Part shown: positions 8,385-17,001 of the stretch, piece by piece
Numbering within the stretch: position 1 is the stretch's first letter
Layout: each line of letters begins with the position of its first letter
NCBI GenBank assembly: GCA_964450975.1
Contig: CAYVFO010000003.1
Location: 1-41,464, forward strand
DNA: 41,464 nucleotides
Source of the DNA: an uncultured Elusimicrobia bacterium
GTDB lineage: Bacteria; Elusimicrobiota; Elusimicrobia; UBA1565; UBA9628
Direction: 5' to 3'
Position numbers and translations under genes: made by a program
The notes under the pieces: generated by a model
Database searches by the model: none
Seen by the model: only the letters and a program-made list of their open reading frames with translations
Told to the model about the DNA's origin: nothing

Positions 8385-11003
8385 ATGGCTTCCGTCGAGA
8401 ACATGCCCGACACGCCGGTGATGCGCCAGTACCAGGACATCAAGGCCCGGCACCCCCAGTCGATCGTCTTCTTCCGCCTCGGCGACTTCTACGAGATGTT
8501 CGGGGGCGACGCGCAGGAAGCCTCCCAGATCCTCGGCCTCGTCCTCACGCAGCGCCAGGGCGTGCCGATGTGCGGCGTGCCCTTCCACAACTCCCAGAAC
8601 TACATCGCGCGGCTGCTGCGCGCCGGCCGCAAGGTCGCGATCGCCGAGCAGCTCGAGGCGCCCTCGAAGGACAAGAAGATCGTCGCGCGCGACGTCGTCC
8701 GCGTCGTCACGCCGGGCACGGTCGTCGAGGACGAGCTCCTCGATCCCGCCGCGTCGAACTATCTCGTCGCCGTCGAGCACGACCTCGTCGGCTGGGGCGC
8801 CGCGTGCGTCGACGTCTCGACCGGCGAGTCCTGGGCGACGCAGACTCTCAACGACCGCGACCACCGCAAGCTCTACGATCTTCTCGCGCGCGTGCGCCCC
8901 GCCGAGGTGCTCTCCACCAACGAAGCCGCGTCCGCGCTGCGGCTGCGGCAGGTGCTGCCGCCGAAGGCGTGCCTGACCATCCGCGACGTCGCGAAGATGG
9001 GGACGCTTCCGTCGTGGGCGGGCGAGTCGATCTGGCGCAACCGCCATCTCGCGCTCAAGGCCGCGATGTCGGCGCGCCGCTACGTCGATGAGGCCAAGTT
9101 CCGGCTGCGCGAGCTGCCCGAGCCGGGCTACCGCGAGGCCGGCGAGGTCATGCAGCTCGACGAGACCGCGATCCGGACGCTCGAGCTCGTCGAGGCCGCG
9201 TCCGGCGAGAAGCGCCACACGCTCTGGGGCCTGCTCGACCAGTGCCGCACGCCGATGGGCTCTCGCCGCCTCAAGCACTGGCTCCTGCACCCGTCGACCG
9301 ACCTGCGCGAGATCGAGCACCGGCAGAACTGCGTCGAGGACCTGCTCGACAAGCCCGACGCGCGCCGCTCGCTGACGAAGCTCCTGCAGGAGATCGCCGA
9401 TCTGCCGCGCGTGACCTCGCGCCTCTCGACGCGCCAGGCCGGCCCGCGCGACCTGGGCGCGCTCCGCCGCTCGCTCTCGCGCCTGCCCGAGCTCGAGCGC
9501 TGGCTCGAGGACACCGCGTTCTCCTCCGGCCTCGCCAACCTCGCGACGGACCTGGCCGAGACCGCGAAGGCCCTCGAGCCGCTCGGCGAGCGCCTCGCGA
9601 AGGCCCTCGTCGACGAGCCGCCCGCGAAGCTCTCGGACGGCGGCCTCATCCGCCCCGACTTCGACAAGGAGCTCGACGGCCTCCGCCGTCTCAAGAACGA
9701 CTCCGACCAGGTCCTGGCCGAGCTCGAGGAGCGCGAGCGCAAGGCGACCGGCCTCTCGTCGCTCAAGGCCGGCTACAACTCGGTCTTCGGCTACTACCTC
9801 GAGATCTCCAAGGCGCAGAGCGCGAAGGCGCCGGCGTCCTACACGCGCAAGCAGACGCTCACCAACGCCGAGCGCTACATCACGCCCGAGCTCAAGGAGC
9901 TCGAGACGAAGATCCTCTCCGCCGAGGACAAGATGCTCCGCCTCGAGGCTCGCCTCTTCGACGAGCTCCGCGAGGAGGCGTACGGCCGCCACGCCGCGCT
10001 CCTGCGTTTGGCTGAGCTGCTCTCCGAGCTCGACGGCTTCCAGTCGCTCGCCTCGGTCGCGGCGATGCACGACTTCGTCAAGCCCAAGATCGACCTCACT
10101 CATGATCTCGAGATCGTCGAGGGCCGCCACCCCGTGCTCGCGGCGCTACTCCCCTCCGGCGCGTTCGTGCCGAACACCCTTCTCCTCAACGCGCGCGACC
10201 CGCAGATCCTGGTCCTCACCGGCCCGAACATGTCCGGCAAGTCCACCTATCTGCGGCAGAACGCGCTCATCGCGCTGCTCGCGCAGGTCGGCTCGTTCGT
10301 GCCCGCGAAGTCGTGCCGCGTCGGCATCGTCGACAAGATCCTGACCCGCATCGGCGCCCAGGACGCGCTCGCGCAGGGCGACTCGACCTTCATGGTCGAG
10401 ATGAAGGAGACGTCGCACATCCTGCGCTCGGCGACCGCGCGCTCGCTCGTCGTCCTCGACGAGGTCGGCCGCGGCACTTCGACCTTCGACGGCATCTCGA
10501 TCGCCTGGGCCGTGCTCGAGCACCTGCACGGCGCCTACCAGCGCGACGACGCGAAGGACAAGGACGCCTCGCCGCGCGGCCCCCGCACGCTCTTCGCGAC
10601 GCACTACTTCGAGCTCACCGCTTTGTCGAAGACGCTCGTCGGCGTCGCCAACGCGAACGTCGAGGTCAAGGAGTGGCGCAACGCCGAGGGCCAGACCGAG
10701 GTGGTCTTCCTGCACAAGATCGGCGACGGCCCGGCCGACCGCTCCTACGGCATCCACGTCGCCGCCTTGGCCGGCCTGCCCGCGACCTTGATCGCGCGCG
10801 CCGAGGAGATCCTCTCCGGCCTCGAGAACGAGTCCGCCTCCGGCCGCCTCGCGGCCCGCGTCGCGAAGGAAGAAGCCCCGCCCCCCGAGCTGCCGCTGTT
10901 CGAGGAGGACCCCATTCTCCGCACGCTCAAGCTCATGAATCCCGACAACATGACGCCCGTCGAGGCGCTCCAGGCCCTCGTCGCGCTCAAGAAGAAGCTC
11001 TGA
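8385..11003 (+). CDS. mutS: DNA mismatch repair protein MutS
   Basis: 872 aa. N-terminal PVMRQYQDIKA...FFRLGDFYEMF. Walker A GPNMSGKSTYLRQ. STFMVEM and DEVGRGTS motifs. Confidence 0.97.
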   Translation: MASVENMPDTPVMRQYQDIKARHPQSIVFFRLGDFYEMFGGDAQEASQILGLVLTQRQGVPMCGVPFHNSQNYIARLLRAGRKVAIAEQLEAPSKDKKIVARDVVRVVTPGTVVEDELLDPAASNYLVAVEHDLVGWGAACVDVSTGESWATQTLNDRDHRKLYDLLARVRPAEVLSTNEAASALRLRQVLPPKACLTIRDVAKMGTLPSWAGESIWRNRHLALKAAMSARRYVDEAKFRLRELPEPGYREAGEVMQLDETAIRTLELVEAASGEKRHTLWGLLDQCRTPMGSRRLKHWLLHPSTDLREIEHRQNCVEDLLDKPDARRSLTKLLQEIADLPRVTSRLSTRQAGPRDLGALRRSLSRLPELERWLEDTAFSSGLANLATDLAETAKALEPLGERLAKALVDEPPAKLSDGGLIRPDFDKELDGLRRLKNDSDQVLAELEERERKATGLSSLKAGYNSVFGYYLEISKAQSAKAPASYTRKQTLTNAERYITPELKELETKILSAEDKMLRLEARLFDELREEAYGRHAALLRLAELLSELDGFQSLASVAAMHDFVKPKIDLTHDLEIVEGRHPVLAALLPSGAFVPNTLLLNARDPQILVLTGPNMSGKSTYLRQNALIALLAQVGSFVPAKSCRVGIVDKILTRIGAQDALAQGDSTFMVEMKETSHILRSATARSLVVLDEVGRGTSTFDGISIAWAVLEHLHGAYQRDDAKDKDASPRGPRTLFATHYFELTALSKTLVGVANANVEVKEWRNAEGQTEVVFLHKIGDGPADRSYGIHVAALAGLPATLIARAEEILSGLENESASGRLAARVAKEEAPPPELPLFEEDPILRTLKLMNPDNMTPVEALQALVALKKKL

Positions 11004-12802
11004 TGCCCGTCATCAACCGCCTTCCCGAGGAAGTCTTCTCCCGCATCGCCGCCGGCGAGGTCGTCGAACGCCCCGCGTCGCTGCTCAAGGAGCTCATCGA
11101 GAACTCGCTCGACGCCGGCGCCAAACGCGTCGACGTCGAGGTGACCGGCGCGGGCAAGGCCAGCCTGCGCGTCTCCGACGACGGCTGCGGCATGGACCCC
11201 GAGGACGTGAAGCTCTGCCTCGAGCGGCACGCCACGAGCAAGATCTCTCAGTTCGAGGATCTCGACAAGCTCGACACGTTCGGCTTCCGCGGCGAGGCGC
11301 TGTACGCGATCGCCGCCGTCGCCAAGGTCACGATCACGAGCGCCCCGCACGGCGCCAAGACCGGCTGGCGCGTGACCTCCGAGAAGGGCAAGGTCACCGA
11401 CGGTCCCGCGCCCGCGGTGCCCGGCACGACCGTCCTCGTCAAGGACCTGTTCTACAACACGCCCGCGCGCCTCGAGTTCCTCAAGTCCGACGGCGTCGAG
11501 CGCGGCAAGCTCGCGGCCGTGATCGAGGAAGCCGCGCTCGCCAACCCCGGCGTCCGCTTCACCTACAAGTCCGACGGCCGCCAAGTTCTCCGCTTCGAGC
11601 CCGAGAATTCGGGAGATTTCTTCCAGGACTTCGACCTGCGCGCCGCGGCCGTCCTCGGCGACGACCTGGCCGGCGGCCTGCTGCCGATCGACGTCGAGCG
11701 GCCCGGCGTGCGCGTGCGCATGCTGATCTCCTCGTACGACAAGATGCCCTCGTCGCGCGCGTTCCAGTACTTCTTCGTCAACAAGCGCCCGATCGTCTCG
11801 AAGTCGCTGTCGGCCGCGCTCTACAAGGGCTACGGCGAGCACAAGCCGCAGGGCAAGCAGCCCGTCTGCATCGCCTTGCTCGAGCTCAACCCCGACGCCT
11901 TCGACGCGAACGTCCATCCGGGCAAGCGGGAGGTCCGCTTCAAGAACGAGGGCGAGCTCTTCGAGATCGTCTGCGGCTTGACCGCCTCGGCCATCGCGAA
12001 GGCCAAGGCGGCGGCTCCGATCGTCGCCGCCCCGGAGCCCGAGCCCGCGCCTGCGTCCGTCGTCGCGGACGCTCCGGCCGCCGCGCCCGCCAAGGGCGAG
12101 GTCGACGCGCACTATCTCGGCGGCCGGGCGCTCCTGCCCGACGAGTTCAAGCAGCTCAAGCTCGGCGCCGCGGTCGCGCTCTCCGCGCCCGAGGGCGCGC
12201 CGGCGTGGTACACGCCGCCGTTCCGCTACGTCGGCCAGATTGAGCGCAGCTACATGCTCTTCGAGGCGAACGGCGGGCTCTTCATCCTCGACCAGCACGC
12301 CGCAGCCGAGCGCGTGCTCTTCGAGAAGCTCATGGGCGAGATCGAGGACGGCGGCGCGAAGTCCCAGCGCCTCATGATCCCGGTCCCCGTCGACCTGCCG
12401 GCCTCCGCGGTGCGCATGGTGCTCGACAAGGCCGACCGCCTCGCCAAGATCGGCTTCGAGGTCGCCGCTCACGGCAAGAACGGCCTGCACGTGACGGCGG
12501 TGCCCGCGCTTTTCTACCAGGCCGACGACGTCAAGAAGCTCGTGCACCGCGTGGTGGACGGCCTCTCCGATCCCGTCGCCGAGGCCGAGCAGATCCGCCA
12601 CGACGCGATCGCGACGATCGCCTGCAAGGCCGCGGTGAAGGCGCACGACCGGCTCGGCGAGGACGAAGCGTACAAGCTGCTCGACGCGCTCAAGGACTGC
12701 AAGGACGGCTCGTGCTGCCCCCACGGCCGCCGCACGATGCTGGCCCTCAACCGCGACGAGCTCGCCCGCCGCTTCCAGCGCCCCGGCGCGGTTCCGCTCT
12801 AG
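11003..12802 (+). CDS. mutL: DNA mismatch repair protein MutL
   Basis: ATG overlaps the mutS TGA by 1 nt. GHKL ATPase motifs VVERPASLLKELIENSLDAGA and FGFRGEAL. C-terminal CPHGRR. Confidence 0.95.
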   Translation: MPVINRLPEEVFSRIAAGEVVERPASLLKELIENSLDAGAKRVDVEVTGAGKASLRVSDDGCGMDPEDVKLCLERHATSKISQFEDLDKLDTFGFRGEALYAIAAVAKVTITSAPHGAKTGWRVTSEKGKVTDGPAPAVPGTTVLVKDLFYNTPARLEFLKSDGVERGKLAAVIEEAALANPGVRFTYKSDGRQVLRFEPENSGDFFQDFDLRAAAVLGDDLAGGLLPIDVERPGVRVRMLISSYDKMPSSRAFQYFFVNKRPIVSKSLSAALYKGYGEHKPQGKQPVCIALLELNPDAFDANVHPGKREVRFKNEGELFEIVCGLTASAIAKAKAAAPIVAAPEPEPAPASVVADAPAAAPAKGEVDAHYLGGRALLPDEFKQLKLGAAVALSAPEGAPAWYTPPFRYVGQIERSYMLFEANGGLFILDQHAAAERVLFEKLMGEIEDGGAKSQRLMIPVPVDLPASAVRMVLDKADRLAKIGFEVAAHGKNGLHVTAVPALFYQADDVKKLVHRVVDGLSDPVAEAEQIRHDAIATIACKAAVKAHDRLGEDEAYKLLDALKDCKDGSCCPHGRRTMLALNRDELARRFQRPGAVPL

Positions 12803-13609
12803 CTAGAGCTTCTCGAAGCCGACGATGCGGTAGCGCACCGCGCCCAGCTTCGACACCCACGCCAGAAGCCGCGTCGGCCACAGCATCGAGTCGCCGCGCG
12901 GCGCGCCGGCCGCGATCGCGTCGAGAAGCACCGCGTACGTCGGCTGGACGTTCTTGTTGATGTCGCGGTCGAGGATGACGCGCAGGCCCGCGCTCTTCGC
13001 CATCGCGTAGTAGTCGCCCTCGTCCCAGCCCGCGCCGGACTTGCCGTAGCCGACCTCGATCTTCCGGCGGATCCACGAGCCGATCCAGGACTCGCGCGCG
13101 TTCGGGTTCGCGGGCACGAAGTCGGAGAGGCCGATCTTCCCGCCCGGCTTGAGCACGCGCGCGGCCTCGAGGAGGAACTTCCGTCGCGACGGGAAGTGGA
13201 AGATGCACTCGACGGCGAGCACGCGATCGAACGAGGCGTCGGGAAACGGCATTTTGCACGCGTCGCCCTCGACGAACGTCGCGGCCGGCGCGTTCTTGCG
13301 CGCGAGGACGAGCTGGCGCGGATCGATGTTGAGCCCCGTGACCTTCGCGGCCGGGTGCTTCGCCGCGAGCGAGGCGGCCGTGCCTCCGAAGCCGCAGCCC
13401 GCGTCGAGGATCGCCTGGCCGTCATGCAGATCCGCCGCGGCCAGCACCTCGTCGTTGAGCCGGTTCATCGCCGCCGAGAACTCCGCGCGGTCGAGCGTCG
13501 CCGCGCGCGGATTCTCCCAGTAGCCCCAGTGGACGAAGCGCGAGAAGAGCTTCGCGGCGGGTTCCTCCGGCGCGGACAGGATCAGATCGAAGTAGGGAAG
13601 GTCGGTCAT
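12803..13609 (-). CDS. class I SAM-dependent methyltransferase
   Basis: Last 268 codons of track ORF 12803..14677(-). Motif I ILDAGCGFGG; HWGYW motif. ATGA overlap with the upstream OMP gene. Confidence 0.8.
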   Translation of the reverse strand: MTDLPYFDLILSAPEEPAAKLFSRFVHWGYWENPRAATLDRAEFSAAMNRLNDEVLAAADLHDGQAILDAGCGFGGTAASLAAKHPAAKVTGLNIDPRQLVLARKNAPAATFVEGDACKMPFPDASFDRVLAVECIFHFPSRRKFLLEAARVLKPGGKIGLSDFVPANPNARESWIGSWIRRKIEVGYGKSGAGWDEGDYYAMAKSAGLRVILDRDINKNVQPTYAVLLDAIAAGAPRGDSMLWPTRLLAWVSKLGAVRYRIVGFEKL

Positions 13610-14295
13610 TCGGCTCCGAAGACGCGGACTTTCATCGCGAGCGACAGGCGGTTCGTCGCCTTCTCGCCCGACTCGGTGTTGCGGTTGTAGTCGAGCACGA
13701 AGTTGAGGCGGCTCGTGAGGCGGATCTCGGCGCCGACGCCCCACGACGGCGACCAGAAGCTCTCGTCCGTGCGCTGGTTGGAGCGCGCGCCCGTGTTGTC
13801 GTCCTCGACCGTCTGGTTGAGCGAGGAGTTCACGTGCTGGAGGCCTCCCGCGACGAACGGGACGAGACCGAGCTTCTCCTGCAGGTCGAGGCCGAAAAGC
13901 TTGAGGATCGAGATGCGCGCGTAGCGCAGATCGAGCGTGCGCACGCGGCCCTGCTGGTCGCCGTCCGGCCCGACGAAGCGCGTCGAGGCGTCGTTGTAGG
14001 AGGCCTCGAGGCCGTACCGCAGCCGCGTCGGCGCGTCCTCGTCGGTCGAGACGAGCTCGAGCGTCGCGATCGGCCCCCAGGAGCGGTCGACGATGTTCGC
14101 CTCGCGGCCGGTGCTGCCGGTGACGCCGAGGTAAAGGGAGCTCTGCTCGCCCTCTTCCTCCTCGTCCTCCTCTTCCTCGGCCGGCTCCGCGGGCTCCACG
14201 GGCTTCGCGGGGACGGGCTTGGGGGCAATCACGGGCACGGCTCGGGCGGGAAGCGCCAGGAGAAGAAGGACGGCGGCTGTAAGGAGCCCGGCCAC
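13606..14295 (-). CDS. outer-membrane beta-barrel-like protein with acidic linker
   Basis: GTG start. Signal peptide AVLLLLALPARA. Poly-acidic stretch EEEEDEEEEGE. Alternating amphipathic beta-strand patterns follow (LRYGLEASYN, WGVGAEIRLTSRLNFVLDY, RLSLAMKVRVF). Confidence 0.6.
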   Translation of the reverse strand: MAGLLTAAVLLLLALPARAVPVIAPKPVPAKPVEPAEPAEEEEDEEEEGEQSSLYLGVTGSTGREANIVDRSWGPIATLELVSTDEDAPTRLRYGLEASYNDASTRFVGPDGDQQGRVRTLDLRYARISILKLFGLDLQEKLGLVPFVAGGLQHVNSSLNQTVEDDNTGARSNQRTDESFWSPSWGVGAEIRLTSRLNFVLDYNRNTESGEKATNRLSLAMKVRVFGAE

Positions 14296-14300
14296 GAGGC

Positions 14301-14314
14301 AGTATAGCTATAAT
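14301..14314. promoter_or_regulatory. back-to-back divergent -10 boxes
   Basis: Minus-strand TATACT (14306 to 14301) lies 5 nt before GTG 14295. Plus-strand TATAAT (14309-14314) lies 6 nt before GTG 14321. Confidence 0.5.
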
Positions 14315-14320
14315 GATCAC

Positions 14321-14710
14321 GTGGAGCCCAAGCGCCGGCGCGCGCGCGCGATGTTCGAGGCGGTGTTCGCCTTCTTCCTCTGCCTCACGCTCTACGGACT
14401 CGTCATGCTGGGCTCGGTCTGGGCGCCGGTCTTCCTCGGCGGCCCGAAGCTCAAGCCTCTCGTCGCCTACATCCTCATGCCGATGGACCTCGTGATGCTC
14501 GGCTGGAACCAGAAATGGCCCGTGTTGGTCCTGCACCTCGGCTCGGCGGGAATCGCGTACTACCTGTCCAAGAACTCCGCGCCGAAGATGTACGACCTCA
14601 TGATCTTCGCCTTCGCCGGCTGCGCCCTCGTCGCCGCCGCCAACGACGCGATCAAAGCCTACCGTCATCCTCCGCACGTAAAACCGAAGGTTGACGCCAA
14701 GGCGTCTTAA
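14321..14710 (+). CDS. small multi-pass membrane protein, unknown function
   Basis: Basic N-terminus VEPKRRRARA followed by about 4 hydrophobic helices. GTG 14321 fits TATAAT-N6-GTG; ATG 14351 is the alternative. Confidence 0.6.
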   Translation: MEPKRRRARAMFEAVFAFFLCLTLYGLVMLGSVWAPVFLGGPKLKPLVAYILMPMDLVMLGWNQKWPVLVLHLGSAGIAYYLSKNSAPKMYDLMIFAFAGCALVAAANDAIKAYRHPPHVKPKVDAKAS

Positions 14711-14726
14711 CTCCTACCCTCCGCCC

Positions 14727-15467
14727 ATGGACGAAGAGAACAGAAAGATCATCATCGCGGGCGCCGTGCTCGCCGCCGTCGTCGGCGGCGGCCTCTACGC
14801 CTACAAGACTCTCAACGCCCCCGCCGCGGCGCCCGGTCTGTCGTCGGCGCCCGGCGCGCCCGCCGCTCCCGCGAACCCCTCTCTGCCGCCGCTCGAGGAG
14901 AGCGACGACGCCGTCCGCCGCTCCGCGGCCGGCCTCTCCCCGGACGCCGTCTACGCCGCGTGGCTCAAGCAGGAGGCGCTCGTCCAGCGCTACGCCGCCG
15001 CGGTCTCCCACATCGCGCGCGGCGCGGTGCCTCGCGACGCCCTCGTCTCGCTCGCCCCGCGCGGAAAGTTTCCCGTCCTCAAGCGCGGCGGCAAGATCTA
15101 CGCCGACCCGAAAGGCTGGGCGCGCTACGACGGCCTGACCGCCGCGATCTCCTCCGTCGACGTGAATGGTTTCGTCGCGCTCTACGGCGAGCTCGAGCCG
15201 CTGGTCGAGGAAGCCTGGCGCGGCTTGGGCGAGAAGGGCACGGCGCGCGAGGCCTTCGCCGCAGCCGCGACGGAGCTCGCGGGAACGCCGGATCTCTCCG
15301 GCGACGTCGAGCTCGTGGAAGGCAAGAAAGGGATCACGTACAAATTCGCCGATCCCAAGCTCGAGGGCCTCTCGGCCGCGCGCAAGCAATTGCTGCGCTT
15401 CGGGCCGCGCAACGCGTCGAACGTGAAGGTGAAGCTCGGCGCGCTGGCGGAAGCGCTTAGGCCCTAG
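14727..15467 (+). CDS. DUF3014-like membrane-anchored protein
   Basis: N-terminal TM IIIAGAVLAAVVGGGLY. Motifs LPPLEESDDAVR and YKFADPKLEGLSAARKQLLRFGPRNA match my recollection of DUF3014. TTGACG-N18-TACCCT-N6-ATG lies upstream. Confidence 0.6.
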   Translation: MDEENRKIIIAGAVLAAVVGGGLYAYKTLNAPAAAPGLSSAPGAPAAPANPSLPPLEESDDAVRRSAAGLSPDAVYAAWLKQEALVQRYAAAVSHIARGAVPRDALVSLAPRGKFPVLKRGGKIYADPKGWARYDGLTAAISSVDVNGFVALYGELEPLVEEAWRGLGEKGTAREAFAAAATELAGTPDLSGDVELVEGKKGITYKFADPKLEGLSAARKQLLRFGPRNASNVKVKLGALAEALRP

Positions 15468-15514
15468 GAGCTCTTCCTCACGGGCCGTACGCCCGTTCGT
15501 CCCGCGACCGGGCG

Positions 15515-16015
15515 TTAAGGCTTGACTAAAGCGTCCGTCGGGATCAGGAAGACGTTCTTGACGATCGTGCGGCCGCCGTCGCGCCAGTCCTGAATCGCCA
15601 CCTTGTCGGCGCCGATGCCCTTGAAGTAAATCTTGCGGTGCGCGTACGCGCCGAGCTGCGCCGAGTTCGTCAGCGAGCCGTTGTTGGACGTGACGATGGT
15701 GATGTACGTCGCGTCCGCCTCGTTCTCGACGACCGTCGCGATCACGCCGATCTTGCCGTCCTCGGAGACGAACCAGCGGACGTCCTGCGGCGTGTGGCGC
15801 TCGCCGAGATACTCGGTCTGGCGCACGCACTTCGAGAACTTGAGTGTCGCCGTGCGCGGAGCCGCGTCGGGGTTCGTGCCGTCGGTGAGCCACAGCGCGA
15901 AGGACTTGGTCTGCCACTCGCTCGTCATCGCGTCCTGGGGACACGGAAGCGGGATCTGGACCTGGGCGGCGGCGGGAATCGAGAGAAGGGCGGCGGCGAG
16001 CAGCGAGACGATCAT
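15515..16015 (-). CDS. secreted hypothetical protein
   Basis: ATG 16015 is preceded by GGAGG (8-nt spacer) and an upstream TATAAT. Signal peptide MIVSLLAAALLSIPAAAQ. No recognisable domain. Confidence 0.6.
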   Translation of the reverse strand: MIVSLLAAALLSIPAAAQVQIPLPCPQDAMTSEWQTKSFALWLTDGTNPDAAPRTATLKFSKCVRQTEYLGERHTPQDVRWFVSEDGKIGVIATVVENEADATYITIVTSNNGSLTNSAQLGAYAHRKIYFKGIGADKVAIQDWRDGGRTIVKNVFLIPTDALVKP

Positions 16016-16107
16016 CGGCGGATACCTCCGGGATAGAATCCCTATAGGTATTATAACCCGCCCCGGGCCCCCCGCATGGGGCAAAAGACCCGGAACCGCC
16101 CGTGTAA

Positions 16108-16587
16108 TTAGTCCTTGATGGAGGACTTCTTCTCGAGCCAGACGCCCAGGAGCGTGTGCACCTTGCGGGCGATTTCGAGCTCCCGCTCGTACTCTTCGAG
16201 GAACCTCAGGAAGGCCTTGTTCTCCTCGGCCGAGTGCGAGCCCCCCTTGGTGTAGGCGCGGTAGTAGGACTGCCCGTCCTCGAAGTACTGCACGCGGACC
16301 GCGAGGTCCTTCGCGACCTCGGCGGCGGTGTCGAGCGTGCCGGCGGGGCGCGCCGGAATGGCGGGCGGCATGAGAACGGGCTTGGCCGGCTCCGCGGCCT
16401 TCGGCGGCTCGGGCGCGGGCGTCACGGGCGCCGCGGGCGCGGCGGACTCCGCCGGCTTCGTCTCGGCGGGCGCGGCCTGGGCGACGGTCGAGCCGGAGCC
16501 GGGAAGCCCGGGAAGATCGGCGGCAAGGACCGGCGCGGCGATGAGCAAGAGGGAAGATAAGATCATGGTCCCAAGCGTAGCAGGCAT
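16108..16587 (-). CDS. secreted Ala/Pro-rich hypothetical protein
   Basis: Signal peptide (MILSSLLLIAAPVLAA), A/P/E/K-rich linker, helical C-terminal domain. Start is 16587 or 16566. Confidence 0.55.
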   Translation of the reverse strand: MPATLGTMILSSLLLIAAPVLAADLPGLPGSGSTVAQAAPAETKPAESAAPAAPVTPAPEPPKAAEPAKPVLMPPAIPARPAGTLDTAAEVAKDLAVRVQYFEDGQSYYRAYTKGGSHSAEENKAFLRFLEEYERELEIARKVHTLLGVWLEKKSSIKD

Positions 16588-16625
16588 GGACCTATTTGTC
16601 CACGCGCGCGAACGGGTCTTGACGG

Positions 16626-16690
16626 TTTTTTGATTTTTCTTTTCGTCGTTTGAGAGGGGGTCTTGACGCCCGGAAAATCGGGGCTATACT
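16626..16690 (+). promoter_or_regulatory. strong sigma70-type promoter with AT-rich UP-like element
   Basis: TTGACG (16663-16668), 16-nt spacer, TATACT (16685-16690). It is preceded by the T-rich tract ttttttgatttttcttttcgtcgtttgag (16626-16654), which is exceptional in this GC-rich DNA. Confidence 0.6.
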
Positions 16691-16696
16691 CAAATC

Positions 16697-16954
16697 AGAT
16701 CCGCTCCGAAGCGAGTCGTTCGTGAGTTCGCAGACGCAATTCGTCGACGCGAGGTGGACGCCGGGTGAGGCTGCGGCCGTAAACGGCGACCTTCGGGCGT
16801 GGCGGTTCGTGGCTGGTGCCGTCGTATCGGGCGCGTCGTCGCGGTTGTTGCCGCCGAGACGCGAGGGCGCGCCCGGCGTGATGGTTCGGAGCGGGTCCTT
16901 TGAGGCGCCGAGGCGGTCCCCTAGTGGACGCCGGTCTCGGCGCCTCCTTATTTT
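16697..16954 (+). ncRNA. unclassified structured small RNA candidate (about 200-260 nt)
   Basis: Lies between the promoter above and an intrinsic terminator. No credible CDS on either strand. A 13-bp end-closing helix pairs 16698-16710 with 16885-16897. Local hairpins include a C(UUCG)G tetraloop (16790-16797) and GCCG-UAAA-CGGC (16776-16787). Confidence 0.5.
16903..16954 (+). terminator. rho-independent terminator
   Basis: GC-rich stem AGGCGCCGAG (16903-16912) pairs with CTCGGCGCCT (16936-16945), followed by CCTTATTTT. Convergent with the queE 3' end. Confidence 0.6.
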
Positions 16955-17001
16955 GTGGCCAAAACGGCCAACACCGCGACTACCGGGAAGCCTGACACCG
17001 G

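Noticed and set aside
7473-10130. 885-aa ORF antisense to mutS
   Set aside because: Arg/Ala/Glu/Leu/Gly-rich translation with no motifs, typical of the reverse frame of a GC3-biased gene. The plus strand encodes an unmistakable MutS.
10745-12724. 659-aa ORF antisense to mutL, plus 10313..11002 as an N-terminal extension of the mutL frame
   Set aside because: Low-complexity R/G/D/L composition. MutL motifs start exactly at ATG 11003, which overlaps the mutS stop.
13610-14677. Upstream part of track ORF 12803..14677(-)
   Set aside because: It overlaps the OMP gene in a different frame. The methyltransferase N-terminus (MTDLPYF) starts at 13609 with an ATGA overlap.
15480-15512. Hairpins ACGGGC-CGTAC-GCCCGT and CCCG-CGAC-CGGG between convergent genes, as a bidirectional terminator
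   Set aside because: The stems are short and no U-tract is present on either strand, so this is too weak to annotate.
16881-16899. GGTTCGGAGC resembling a tRNA or tmRNA T-arm
   Set aside because: No acceptor stem, anticodon arm or CCA context. The segment is instead the 3' strand of the end-closing helix of the ncRNA candidate.
16697-16954. Assigning the ncRNA to 6S, RNase P, tmRNA or SRP
   Set aside because: The hallmark motifs of RNase P, tmRNA and SRP are absent. A 6S-like rod with a central bubble could not be drawn by eye, so the RNA is left unclassified.
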